Positions 8,175-16,506 of a stretch of 20,000 bases of DNA are shown here, piece by piece. The position numbers and the translations under genes were made by a program. The notes beneath the pieces are model-generated. The model did not search any database. It saw only the letters and a program-made list of their open reading frames with translations, and was not told where the DNA came from. The stretch is from NCBI GenBank assembly GCA_013360215.1, contig JABWCP010000009.1, forward strand, positions 107,597-127,596. Direction: 5' to 3'. The stretch comes from a bacterium (GTDB lineage: Bacteria > CLD3 > SB21). The number at the start of each line of letters is the position of its first letter. Within the stretch, counting starts at the first letter, position 1.

Positions 8175-10338
8175 GACGATATTCCTTGATGAGTTGGATA
8201 AGGTCATCGTAAAAAAATTTAGGCGTATTGCGAAATCGTAAACGTATCACCTCTTCCGGAGATTCGTTTTTTTTCACGCCCGTGCGAATGCGTTCGGAAA
8301 TATTGTTTTGATATTCATCTATGCGCTGCTTCAAAGCCTTTGGTTCGGATATATCCGATGTGCCGCGTAAATATTCAAACATAGCCTGAGGTTCCTGTTC
8401 GCACCGTATCATCGCCTTGATCACCCAGCCGCGAAAATATTCGGTCACTGTGATGCGATGTAAACCCAGATCATCGGCTACCGCAGACATGGCACGATGT
8501 TTAAATTGATGGTCGCGGAGTGCATGGAGCACCCGCTCGGCCAAAGATTGCTCTGAATCAGAAAACGTTGCGCCGCGAATTTCGAAATCCGCCGGTAAAA
8601 TATAATTACGATGCCGCATGCGTGCATTGATCACACTGCGCTGAGTTGCTGCTTTTAGCTCACGCACATTGCCGGGCCAAGCCAATGTGCAGAGCCATTG
8701 GACGAGATGATCGGAGTATTTGAGTTCCGGAGCAATTTCGTACACAAACTGACGGAATAGAAAATCAATATCAACCGTACGTTCGCGTAAAGGTTTCAGC
8801 GGCAACACAAAACCGGCAATACGATAATATAAATCTTCGCGAAACTGTTTATCCCGGATCAATACCGATATATCCCGATGGGTCGCCGCAATAACACGAA
8901 CCGATACGCTTTTCGAAACAACGCCGCCGACGCGTTCAAACCGACCTTCCTGTAAAACCCGAAGAAGTTTAACCTGAAATGCCGGGCTTGTCTCTGCGAT
9001 TTCATCCAAAAACAACGTACCATTATCTGCCATTTCAAACCGGCCTGGCTTGGCTTGTACCGCGCCCGTAAAAGCGCCTTTTTCATATCCAAATAACTCC
9101 GCTTCGATCAAATTGTCGTTAAATGCCCCACAATTAACAGCTACAAAAGGACCCGAAGCGCGCTGTGAACGGCGATGAATAAATTCGGCGATACGTTCTT
9201 TCCCAGTGCCGGATTCACCGGTGATCAGCACCGGAACATTTGACTGGGCTACCTGATCGGCTTTTTGGAGAAGCTCTGCGACGGGCGAATCTTTATGGTA
9301 ATAAATACCCTGCGCTTCACGGCATTCCGACAAATCCAACGGGCGAATTTGATCGGATATTTTTTCGTAAAAATTGAGCCGATACCTTAGATCCGTCAGA
9401 TCATCCGATGTGGCAGAGGCAACCTCTTTTGTCACAGTAACGGTGCGACGCTTGATCCCCAACATGAACGTCGAAACGAGTATCGGCACAAGAGTCCAAC
9501 CTATACCGATAGGCAAATAAATACGCAAAAAGTATAGACCGGCAGCGAACGCACACCAAATCAATGCCGGGGCGCCTATCCAAATCCAACGTGTATCACG
9601 AAGCGACAAAAAGCTCACTACTGCCGTACCGGCGAAAAGAACAACCAGCAACCATAGCGGCCATTGTTTCCACATACGACCTTGTTTGATTTCCTCCGCA
9701 GCCCATATCTGAATAAGACTGACGGGGTTAACCGAACCTTGAGGTGACGCTACATACGAGGTTACACCGGGATAGTCAAAATAAAATACAACACTTCGGT
9801 TGCTCAAATCCGAATTGGACGACAAAAACGCACTCAGATGCATATCCGGAAGTAAAGTATCGGATGGCCAGTGCAATATAACGGTTTCTTCAGGTACTTC
9901 TGTTAAAGCTGAAACCAGCGAATGATCACCCGGCGTATAGATCAGATAGGCATTTTCGATTTGCCAATGGGCCGCAAACGGAAGAAATGTCCGACCGGCA
10001 GGAAACGATTGGCCGCCAAGTATGGTATTATTTTCCTGAACACGTTCCGTCATAAGAAAAATCTTATCATCCCTTACGCACTCATGATAAAAAACTTCGT
10101 CCGACTCCGGATGCAACGCATCGGCCGAGGGAAACGCCATATCAAAATAGATCGCTTGCGCGCCGTTTTGTTTAGCATGTTGTGCTGCGACCGCATACCA
10201 TCGTCGAGCCAAAGGCCATCCGCCCAGATGCTCTACATCGTGTTTACCGATAGCAATCCGAATCACCGGCCGTTCCTGCGCCGTAAGTAACGGGTTGCAA
10301 AACAAAATCAAACTAAGGCAAGCGACGATCTTCTTCAT
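8167..10338 (-). CDS. Membrane-anchored sigma-54-dependent transcriptional activator with extracytoplasmic CHASE2 sensor
   Basis: Signal/TM MKKIVACLSLILFC. CHASE2 signature IAI..HDVEHLGGWPLARRWYA...GAQAIYFDMAF, then three TM helices. AAA+ domain with Walker A GESGTGKE, ELFGYEKGAFTGA (GAFTGA at 9061-9078), Walker B LFLDEI, FREDLYYR and WPGNVREL. HTH AMSAVADDLGLHRITV. Confidence 0.92.
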   Translation of the reverse strand: MKKIVACLSLILFCNPLLTAQERPVIRIAIGKHDVEHLGGWPLARRWYAVAAQHAKQNGAQAIYFDMAFPSADALHPESDEVFYHECVRDDKIFLMTERVQENNTILGGQSFPAGRTFLPFAAHWQIENAYLIYTPGDHSLVSALTEVPEETVILHWPSDTLLPDMHLSAFLSSNSDLSNRSVVFYFDYPGVTSYVASPQGSVNPVSLIQIWAAEEIKQGRMWKQWPLWLLVVLFAGTAVVSFLSLRDTRWIWIGAPALIWCAFAAGLYFLRIYLPIGIGWTLVPILVSTFMLGIKRRTVTVTKEVASATSDDLTDLRYRLNFYEKISDQIRPLDLSECREAQGIYYHKDSPVAELLQKADQVAQSNVPVLITGESGTGKERIAEFIHRRSQRASGPFVAVNCGAFNDNLIEAELFGYEKGAFTGAVQAKPGRFEMADNGTLFLDEIAETSPAFQVKLLRVLQEGRFERVGGVVSKSVSVRVIAATHRDISVLIRDKQFREDLYYRIAGFVLPLKPLRERTVDIDFLFRQFVYEIAPELKYSDHLVQWLCTLAWPGNVRELKAATQRSVINARMRHRNYILPADFEIRGATFSDSEQSLAERVLHALRDHQFKHRAMSAVADDLGLHRITVTEYFRGWVIKAMIRCEQEPQAMFEYLRGTSDISEPKALKQRIDEYQNNISERIRTGVKKNESPEEVIRLRFRNTPKFFYDDLIQLIKEYRHD

Positions 10339-10384
10339 AAAATAAACGGCGCTGACTTTTGTAGCCAACGCCGTAGGTTCTCCG

Positions 10385-11287
10385 TTATTGTTTTTTCAAT
10401 TTGACTAAAACATTGTGCCAGTAATCGGCTTCAATTTGTAAGTTATATGTTTTTCCGTCGAACTTTCCTGTAGTGGTTAGCGGGTCTGGGAAATGCTCTT
10501 CAATAACGCCAACCAAGTAATCCGTCTCTTGCTTATTCCACTTTGAGGTAAGCAGTTGTAACTGTTCGGCTGGAATCACAATTTCATCAGTCTCAACTGT
10601 ATATTGAAAAAAAGCATATTCAAATCCACCTGCTACAGTATCTGCATAATTTGGTTTATAGGCATACAACTCAATCCAACCCGATTTGGAAGGGCGATTA
10701 AATTTAATAAGTAAATCCTCGCCATCACCAACCACTTGATTAACAGCTATATTTGTAATCTTCAATTGACTAGGCATTGGAATACTGGCCGTAAAATCAT
10801 TAATTTCCGGTGAATTTTGCCCGGATATCGTTATTTGACCGTTATTCACTATTGTGAATGGTTGATTACTTTGCTTTTCATAACTAATTATATCAAGCGT
10901 ATCAATATGTGCTGGAATTCCGTTTTTTTCCGGCCGATCAATAGTTATCCAGCTCTGATTACGCGTAATCTCTGTACCGCTAAGTTTCAATGTTCCATAA
11001 TCTAAAAACTTGGAAAGGAATCGACCATTAATATCGGTATTAAGATTATGTTGCAAACTCACGTAATAAAAAACAGGGTCTCCTTCCCCTACATCACTTT
11101 GAGAAATAGCAATTAACATACTGCTATCGCCCGGCGGATAATAGTGCGAGCTGGTTCGCAATACAGGATCATGACCAATGATCAGCGTTTGATCCTTTCC
11201 TTTGTCCGACATAACATCCGACCCGTCCTTGTCACATCCGATCGCCAATAAGGCGATGGTTACAATTAGTGCGACTGATTTTGGCAT
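10385..11287 (-). CDS. Uncharacterized lipoprotein
   Basis: AAGGAG RBS before ATG 11287. Signal peptide MPKSVALIVTIALLAIG-C with a lipobox. Beta-rich mature part with no recognised family. Confidence 0.82.
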   Translation of the reverse strand: MPKSVALIVTIALLAIGCDKDGSDVMSDKGKDQTLIIGHDPVLRTSSHYYPPGDSSMLIAISQSDVGEGDPVFYYVSLQHNLNTDINGRFLSKFLDYGTLKLSGTEITRNQSWITIDRPEKNGIPAHIDTLDIISYEKQSNQPFTIVNNGQITISGQNSPEINDFTASIPMPSQLKITNIAVNQVVGDGEDLLIKFNRPSKSGWIELYAYKPNYADTVAGGFEYAFFQYTVETDEIVIPAEQLQLLTSKWNKQETDYLVGVIEEHFPDPLTTTGKFDGKTYNLQIEADYWHNVLVKLKKQ

Positions 11288-11337
11288 ACATTTCTCCTTG
11301 TTGTTGGTTATCAGTGTTGTACACAACTCGACAACAA

Positions 11338-11353
11338 ACTAAATTCATGCCAA
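11338..11353 (-). promoter_or_regulatory. Putative sigma-54 (-24/-12) promoter
   Basis: Minus strand TTGGCATG-AATT-TAGT versus consensus TGGCACG-N4-TTGC. Strong -24 element, correctly spaced -12 G but imperfect -12. About 50 nt upstream of the lipoprotein start and next to a bEBP gene. Confidence 0.55.
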
Positions 11354-11357
11354 AGAA

Positions 11358-11370
11358 TAACTTATTAATT
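11358..11370 (-). promoter_or_regulatory. IHF-like binding site
   Basis: Minus strand AATTAATAAGTTA, one mismatch to WATCAANNNNTTR, with a 5' A-tract, immediately upstream of the -24 element. Confidence 0.4.
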
Positions 11371-11393
11371 TTTTTCAATATACCTTCATTCGA

Positions 11394-11455
11394 AAGTGAA
11401 GTGAGTGCAGTATATAAGTGAAGTGATGCATTTTCACATCACAAATGCATGTGAT
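11394..11455. promoter_or_regulatory. Cluster of direct and inverted repeats, candidate upstream activator sequence
   Basis: AAGTGAAGTGA at 11394-11404 and 11416-11426 (22 bp apart). Inverted repeats GTGATG-N8-CATCAC (11423-11442), ATGCATTT-N9-AAATGCAT (11426-11450) and ATCACA-N6-TGTGAT (11438-11455). Confidence 0.45.
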
Positions 11456-11540
11456 CCAAGGCACTCAAGAAGTTAATTAGAACTTGCTTTTATAATACCT
11501 ACACAACAATGTAGCCTGTCTCTGGAAATTACTTTAGAAC

Positions 11541-11576
11541 AAAAAAAGCCCGTTTACCATTGCGATAAACGGGCTT
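11541..11576 (-). terminator. Rho-independent terminator of fhs
   Basis: Minus strand AAGCCCGTTTA-tcgcaatgg-TAAACGGGCTT followed by further T residues (7-T run), about 20 nt after the fhs stop. Confidence 0.88.
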
Positions 11577-11595
11577 GAATGAAAAAAACTAAATT

Positions 11596-13293
11596 CTAAA
11601 AAATTCCGCGTATGACGCCGTTATCATCCATATCAATCGCCTCCGATGAAGGCACTGACGGTAACCCGGGCATGGTCATCATTTGCCCGGCAATGGCATA
11701 AATGAAACCCGCTCCCGCAGAAGCTTTGATATCATCAATAGGAACCACAAAATCTTTCGGACGCCCTTTGAGTGTAGGATCATGTGAAAGTGAAAGATGC
11801 GTTTTAGCAATACATATCGGCAGTTTGTCAAGACCTTCTTCTTTGAGCATTTTAATTTTCGATTTGGCTTTGGACGACAGGGAAATGCCCGCACCGCCAT
11901 AGATTGTTTTTACGACCGTGGCCATTTTATTTTCGATCGTATCCTGGACATCGTAGGTAAATTTCACTTCCGATTTTTCATCGCAGGCTTTGACTACTTC
12001 TTCGGCCAGCGCTGTTCCACCCATACCGCCTTTGCCCCAAACGTCAATCGGTATCACCGCACGCGCTCCGGTTTTAACGGCAATATCGCGAATGGCTTGT
12101 ATTTCGTTCTCCGTGTCCGAGGTAAAACGATTGATCGCCACGACGACCGGTACACCAAAACTGCGAATATTTTCGATGTGTTTTGTAAGGTTCTCACAAC
12201 CTTTGATCACGGCTTCGACGTTTTCTTTTTCCAATAATGCCTTATCAATCTTCTTACCCGGAACGGCTTCAAACCCGCCGCCGTGCATTTTGAGCGCTTT
12301 GACCGTAGCCACGACCACGGCAGCCGAGGGACGCAATCCGCTTTGACGGCACTTGATATTGATCAGTTTTTCCGCGCCGCAATCCGCACCAAAACCGCAT
12401 TCCGTCACGACATAATCGGCAAGGCGTAAGGCTATTTTATCTGCAATAACCGAATTATTACCCGTGGCGATATTGGCAAACGGTCCGGCATGCATGATCA
12501 CAGGAACGCCTTCCAGTGTTTGAACGAGGTTCGGTTTGATGGCGTCTTTGAGTAAAACCATCAGTGCGCCGACGACATTCAGTTGGCGTGCATATACGCC
12601 TTTTTTATCCCGTGAAGTGCCGACAAGAATCGTCTCAAGACGTTTACGCAGATCCTTGAGGTCTTCCGCGAGGGACAGGATTGCCATGATCTCACTGGCG
12701 GCCGTGATATCAAATCCCGTTTCGCGCGGGATACCGTTATTGCTGCCGCCTAATCCGACGATAATATCACGCAACGCGCGATCATTCATATCCATCACGC
12801 GACGCCAGTATATATTATTGATGTCCAGATTCAACGGATTACCTTTGTGCAGGTGATTGTCAATAATAGCCGCAAGAAGATTGTGTGCCGTCGTGATCGC
12901 GTGAAAATCACCGGTAAAGTGCATATTGATATCTTCCATCGGCTGCACTTGCGAATACCCTCCGCCGGTCGCACCGCCTTTGACACCAAAAACCGGTCCC
13001 ATCGAAGGCTGACGTAATGTCGAGATCACATTTTTTCCTATTTTGGCCAACGCTTGCGATAATCCGATATTGACGACGGTCTTGCCTTCACCGAGCGGCG
13101 TTGGGTTGATCGCCGTGACAAAAATAAATTTTCCAATTTTTTTGTCCTTCAGGCGGTCCAATACTTCTAGTTTGATCTTGGCTTTATGTTCACCGTACAA
13201 CTCAATATCGGAGGCATTCAATCCGATCTTTTTGGCAATTTCAGTAATCGGCGTAATGGGTGATTCCTGAGCAATTTCAATGTCGCTTTTCAT
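11596..13293 (-). CDS. fhs: Formate--tetrahydrofolate ligase (FTHFS)
   Basis: MKSDIEIAQ start, TAINPTPLGEGKT, LRQPSMGPVFGVKGGATGGGYSQVQPM, HAGPFANIA, ICIAKT and MPGLP. 565 aa is the typical length. GAGG RBS at 13301-13304. Confidence 0.98.
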   Translation of the reverse strand: MKSDIEIAQESPITPITEIAKKIGLNASDIELYGEHKAKIKLEVLDRLKDKKIGKFIFVTAINPTPLGEGKTVVNIGLSQALAKIGKNVISTLRQPSMGPVFGVKGGATGGGYSQVQPMEDINMHFTGDFHAITTAHNLLAAIIDNHLHKGNPLNLDINNIYWRRVMDMNDRALRDIIVGLGGSNNGIPRETGFDITAASEIMAILSLAEDLKDLRKRLETILVGTSRDKKGVYARQLNVVGALMVLLKDAIKPNLVQTLEGVPVIMHAGPFANIATGNNSVIADKIALRLADYVVTECGFGADCGAEKLINIKCRQSGLRPSAAVVVATVKALKMHGGGFEAVPGKKIDKALLEKENVEAVIKGCENLTKHIENIRSFGVPVVVAINRFTSDTENEIQAIRDIAVKTGARAVIPIDVWGKGGMGGTALAEEVVKACDEKSEVKFTYDVQDTIENKMATVVKTIYGGAGISLSSKAKSKIKMLKEEGLDKLPICIAKTHLSLSHDPTLKGRPKDFVVPIDDIKASAGAGFIYAIAGQMMTMPGLPSVPSSEAIDMDDNGVIRGIF

Positions 13294-13328
13294 ATATCAA
13301 CCTCATAATAGATGTTTTCGATTGGTCA

Positions 13329-13371
13329 ATTCTACGATTTCGATATATACGATTCCATGACTTAAGTCATG
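13329..13371 (-). promoter_or_regulatory. fhs promoter: TAGAAT -10 plus perfect 16-bp palindrome CATGACTTAAGTCATG
   Basis: Palindrome at 13356-13371. Minus-strand TAGAAT at 13334-13329. The palindrome centre falls at -41.5 if the hexamer starts at -12. Confidence 0.55.
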
Positions 13372-13428
13372 TCTAAAAAAGGTAGGTTTTCCCGATCTAA
13401 AAAGAATGTTCTGATATCAATGGTACGT

Positions 13429-14199
13429 TTAGTGGCGATTCAAAAAATCCATCACGATTTGACAAAATACATCGGCTTTTTCATGATGAATCCAATGCCC
13501 GGCATCCGGTATCATCTCTAATGCTGACGAAGGAAAGTGTTTTGCTATTAGCTCCGCGTCATCACGAAGATTATACATGGATTTTTCACCGCCGACAAAT
13601 AGTGTAGGACCATGAAACATATCGCTTTCCGAAGCTTTGAATCGTACTATTTCATTGGCCGCAAATTCCGTCAAAGCCGGAAGATTAACACGCCAATACA
13701 TCCGATCGTGATCTCGCACCAGGTTGGTAATCACAAAGGATCGTACGGCCGGATTTTTGATTCCCTCTGCAAGGGCCGATTCCACTTGTTTTTTTTCTTT
13801 ATAAAGATTCAGATCCACGGCATTCATCGCTGTGAGAATTTCGATCAAACCCGTGCCGTATGAGCGCGGTGCAATATCTTCTACGATCAACGCTTTAACT
13901 CGCTCGGGATGTGCAAAAGCGTAATTCATCGCGACATGGCCACCCATCGAATGGCCCAACAAGTAAAATTCATGCAAATGCAAACGGTCAACCAACGCCT
14001 CAATATCTTTACGCATCGCCACGATAGAATGTTCGGGATCGTGCGGTGAAACTCCGTGGTTGCGCAGATCCGGAATGATCAAGCGGTAATGGTCGGATAA
14101 TTTTTTGGCTACCGAATACCAGTTGCGTTCACTACCCAGCAGGCCGTGCAGTATCACCAGTGTTTTCGGGCTGCCGTATTCGACAAAATGTAATTTCAT
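13429..14199 (-). CDS. Alpha/beta-fold hydrolase (YbfF/ABHD11-like esterase)
   Basis: ILHGLLGS oxyanion motif, DLRNHG, nucleophile elbow GHSMGG, VEDIAP and catalytic His in AGHWIH. GGAG RBS before ATG 14199. Confidence 0.92.
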   Translation of the reverse strand: MKLHFVEYGSPKTLVILHGLLGSERNWYSVAKKLSDHYRLIIPDLRNHGVSPHDPEHSIVAMRKDIEALVDRLHLHEFYLLGHSMGGHVAMNYAFAHPERVKALIVEDIAPRSYGTGLIEILTAMNAVDLNLYKEKKQVESALAEGIKNPAVRSFVITNLVRDHDRMYWRVNLPALTEFAANEIVRFKASESDMFHGPTLFVGGEKSMYNLRDDAELIAKHFPSSALEMIPDAGHWIHHEKADVFCQIVMDFLNRH

Positions 14200-14287
14200 A
14201 CGCTCCGTTATATTGGCGCGGAAGTTAGTTTCGCTTATATCCAATTGCAACGGTTTTTACAAAACGAAGGATTATTACCGAATCGGC

Positions 14288-14316
14288 TTGCGCTTGGTTT
14301 GGCGCTGTTCTAATTT
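14288..14316 (+). promoter_or_regulatory. Possible sigma-70 promoter for the DUF350 operon
   Basis: TTGCGC-N17-TAATTT, ending 25 nt upstream of ATG 14342, in the divergent intergenic gap. Confidence 0.35.
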
Positions 14317-14341
14317 AAAGAAAAAAACAACAGATCAATCT

Positions 14342-15190
14342 ATGGACATTACTTACCTCACATTCGTTTTAGGCGCCGTCGTTACACTTTTGATCCTTGC
14401 GCGCCTCGTCAATCAATTTCTCATGCGGGAACGCCTCACCGATGCGCTAACTGAAAAAGATCGTTTGGCAACCGGTATCGCACTCTCGGGCTATTTGTTC
14501 GGCGTGATGATGATCATCATAGACGTACTCAGCGGCGAAGGGCATAACGATTGGCTCAAAGATTTTTTACTTGTCGGAATTTACGGATTGGCCGGGATCG
14601 TATTTTTGGTTTTTGTCAGCGTGATGGAGCTGCGTCTGATCCTCTCTGCCAAAGCATTGGATGCTGTTCGCGAAGGCAATGTCGCCGCCGCCATTACGGT
14701 CGCTGCTTCATACATTGCGACATCGCAGATCATCGGCGCCGTCGTATCCGGCGATAATACCGGCGGCAATTGGCTGACGGCTGTTATTTTTTTCATTATC
14801 GGTCAGACCACGCTGCTGATCATGACGTATGCATTTCGGTGGCTCACGGCGTATAACGATGCCGAAGCCATCATGCAAGGTAATGCTGCCGCCGCGCTTT
14901 CGTATGCCGGGGTCATGATCGGTATCGCTATTATTGTAGGCACAGCCTTACGCGGTGACTTCATAGACTATCCCACCAGCCTTGTGGATTATGCATGGTC
15001 GCTGGTGATCGTCGTGGCGCTTTATCCGATCCGCCAATTTTTAGTGCAAGGTGTTTTACTCGGGTGCGGATTTAGTTTTTATGGCGGTAAATTAGATGAA
15101 GAAATTTCCAAAGATCGCAATATCGGCGCCGGATGTATTGAGGCAACGACCTATATCGCCTCGGCACTTTTAGCCACGGCATTACTGTAG
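14342..15190 (+). CDS. DUF350 (YjfL-like) membrane protein with internally repeated domains
   Basis: About 8 TM segments. Repeated motifs EKDRLATGI, REGNVAAAI, MQGNAAAAL and KDRNIGAGC match the DUF350 'GN.A.G' repeat. Adjacent to a GspS-like gene, as is typical. Confidence 0.85.
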   Translation: MDITYLTFVLGAVVTLLILARLVNQFLMRERLTDALTEKDRLATGIALSGYLFGVMMIIIDVLSGEGHNDWLKDFLLVGIYGLAGIVFLVFVSVMELRLILSAKALDAVREGNVAAAITVAASYIATSQIIGAVVSGDNTGGNWLTAVIFFIIGQTTLLIMTYAFRWLTAYNDAEAIMQGNAAAALSYAGVMIGIAIIVGTALRGDFIDYPTSLVDYAWSLVIVVALYPIRQFLVQGVLLGCGFSFYGGKLDEEISKDRNIGAGCIEATTYIASALLATALL

Positions 15191-15203
15191 TAATATTAAA
15201 TCT

Positions 15204-16496
15204 ATGCGCACCTCCGAGGTAAAATACACCGATCCTTCGGTTCCGCGACGCGACCCGTATTTTGATTTTGCAAAAAAAATCACGGATTCGCATATCCTCA
15301 CCGATCCTTGGATTGACGGCGATCCGCGTTTTTCGGACGAACCGGTGATCCTCGGCGCCGGAACTTATGCATTGATGCAAAAAGCGGCCGAACACATCGG
15401 CGCTTTATATGACGAATTGGTGCGCATCATTCTTCGCGAACCTCATTGGCTCGATGATTATTTCCATTTGACGCCGCATCAAAAGATGCTTTGGTTTGCC
15501 TCCGGCGGACGATGGCATGGCATGGCGCGACTGGATATGTTTTTATGTACGGACGGACGTCTGCAAGTATGTGAAATGAATTCCGATACGCCCAGCGGTG
15601 AAGCGGAAGCCGTTTTGATCAATCAGATTATTCGATCGCGCTTTCCGCGTTTTACCGATCCCAATGCCGGATTGGAAACGCAATTTATACGTATGGTTTT
15701 ACGTCTCTGGGGCAAACGTACATGGCCCAGGCTTTCTCCGACGGTCGGCATCGTGTATCCGACCGAAATGCCCGAGGATCTCTCCATGATACGCTTGTAT
15801 CAGCGTTGGTTGGAATCCCGCGGCGCTCATGTCATATTGGGTTCGCCCTACAATCTGGGCAGCACTGCGCAGCGACTGACGTTACTGCAAAAACCCGTGG
15901 ATGTATTGATTCGGCATTACAAAACAGATTGGTGGTGCGAACGCTTGCCGGTGTGGAAAGATCAGGAACCTTTTCCCGACGCGCTTCCGCTCGTCAAACC
16001 ATTGCAACACCTGATGCGCACCTGGCTTGCGGGACAGATAGCGATGATCAACCCGCCCGGCGCTGTGCTTACACAAAACAAACTGACAATGGCTTTTTTT
16101 TGGGAACACCTGCGTAAGTTTTCACCTACGGCGCGGAATACGATACGCACGTGGATCCCGGAAACGCGTCGCCTGATAACGAAGGAAAGCAAAAAACTGA
16201 ATAAAAATGAATGGGTACTCAAAACCGATTACGGATGCGAAGGCGATGAAGTGATCATCGGTAACGATGTCAGTGAAACACTGTGGAAAGAATCGCTGTC
16301 CAAAGCTATTCCCAAACACTGGATCCTTCAGCGTTATTTTTCGTCAATCCGCATCGGGCGCGAAAATCTAATTCCAAATTTCGGCCTGTATCTCGTCGGA
16401 GGACGTGCGGCCGGTATTTATACACGTTTATCCAATACGGCCACGGACGGTACGGCGCTCAGCGCAGCGACATTGATTGACCAACATTCTCACTAG
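15204..16496 (+). CDS. Glutathionylspermidine synthase-like ATP-grasp ligase (YgiC/YjfC family, no amidase domain)
   Basis: ARLDMF, VCEMNSDTPSG (family E.N.DTP motif), NP...LTQNK, WVLKTDYGCEG, ILQRY and GLYLVGG..AGIYTR. Confidence 0.88.
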   Translation: MRTSEVKYTDPSVPRRDPYFDFAKKITDSHILTDPWIDGDPRFSDEPVILGAGTYALMQKAAEHIGALYDELVRIILREPHWLDDYFHLTPHQKMLWFASGGRWHGMARLDMFLCTDGRLQVCEMNSDTPSGEAEAVLINQIIRSRFPRFTDPNAGLETQFIRMVLRLWGKRTWPRLSPTVGIVYPTEMPEDLSMIRLYQRWLESRGAHVILGSPYNLGSTAQRLTLLQKPVDVLIRHYKTDWWCERLPVWKDQEPFPDALPLVKPLQHLMRTWLAGQIAMINPPGAVLTQNKLTMAFFWEHLRKFSPTARNTIRTWIPETRRLITKESKKLNKNEWVLKTDYGCEGDEVIIGNDVSETLWKESLSKAIPKHWILQRYFSSIRIGRENLIPNFGLYLVGGRAAGIYTRLSNTATDGTALSAATLIDQHSH

Positions 16497-16506
16497 AACA
16501 TAAACT

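Noticed and set aside
11596-13293. fhs as evidence of Wood-Ljungdahl acetogenesis or an upstream riboswitch
   Set aside because: No folD, metF or acs genes nearby and fhs is widespread. The predicted leader is about 30 nt, too short for a ZTP or THF riboswitch.
14234-14262. Minus-strand TTGTAA-N17-TATAAG as promoter of the esterase
   Set aside because: Spacing is plausible, but the -10 lacks the conserved final T and the region is AT-rich, so it is too weak to list.
14105-14341. N-terminal extension of the DUF350 ORF, and similar ORF-track extensions to 3315, 6232, 8207, 10368, 11326, 14250 and 19627
   Set aside because: Most begin at non-ATG codons or overlap neighbouring genes or promoters. 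Downstream ATGs fit better with an RBS, a signal peptide or stop/start coupling.
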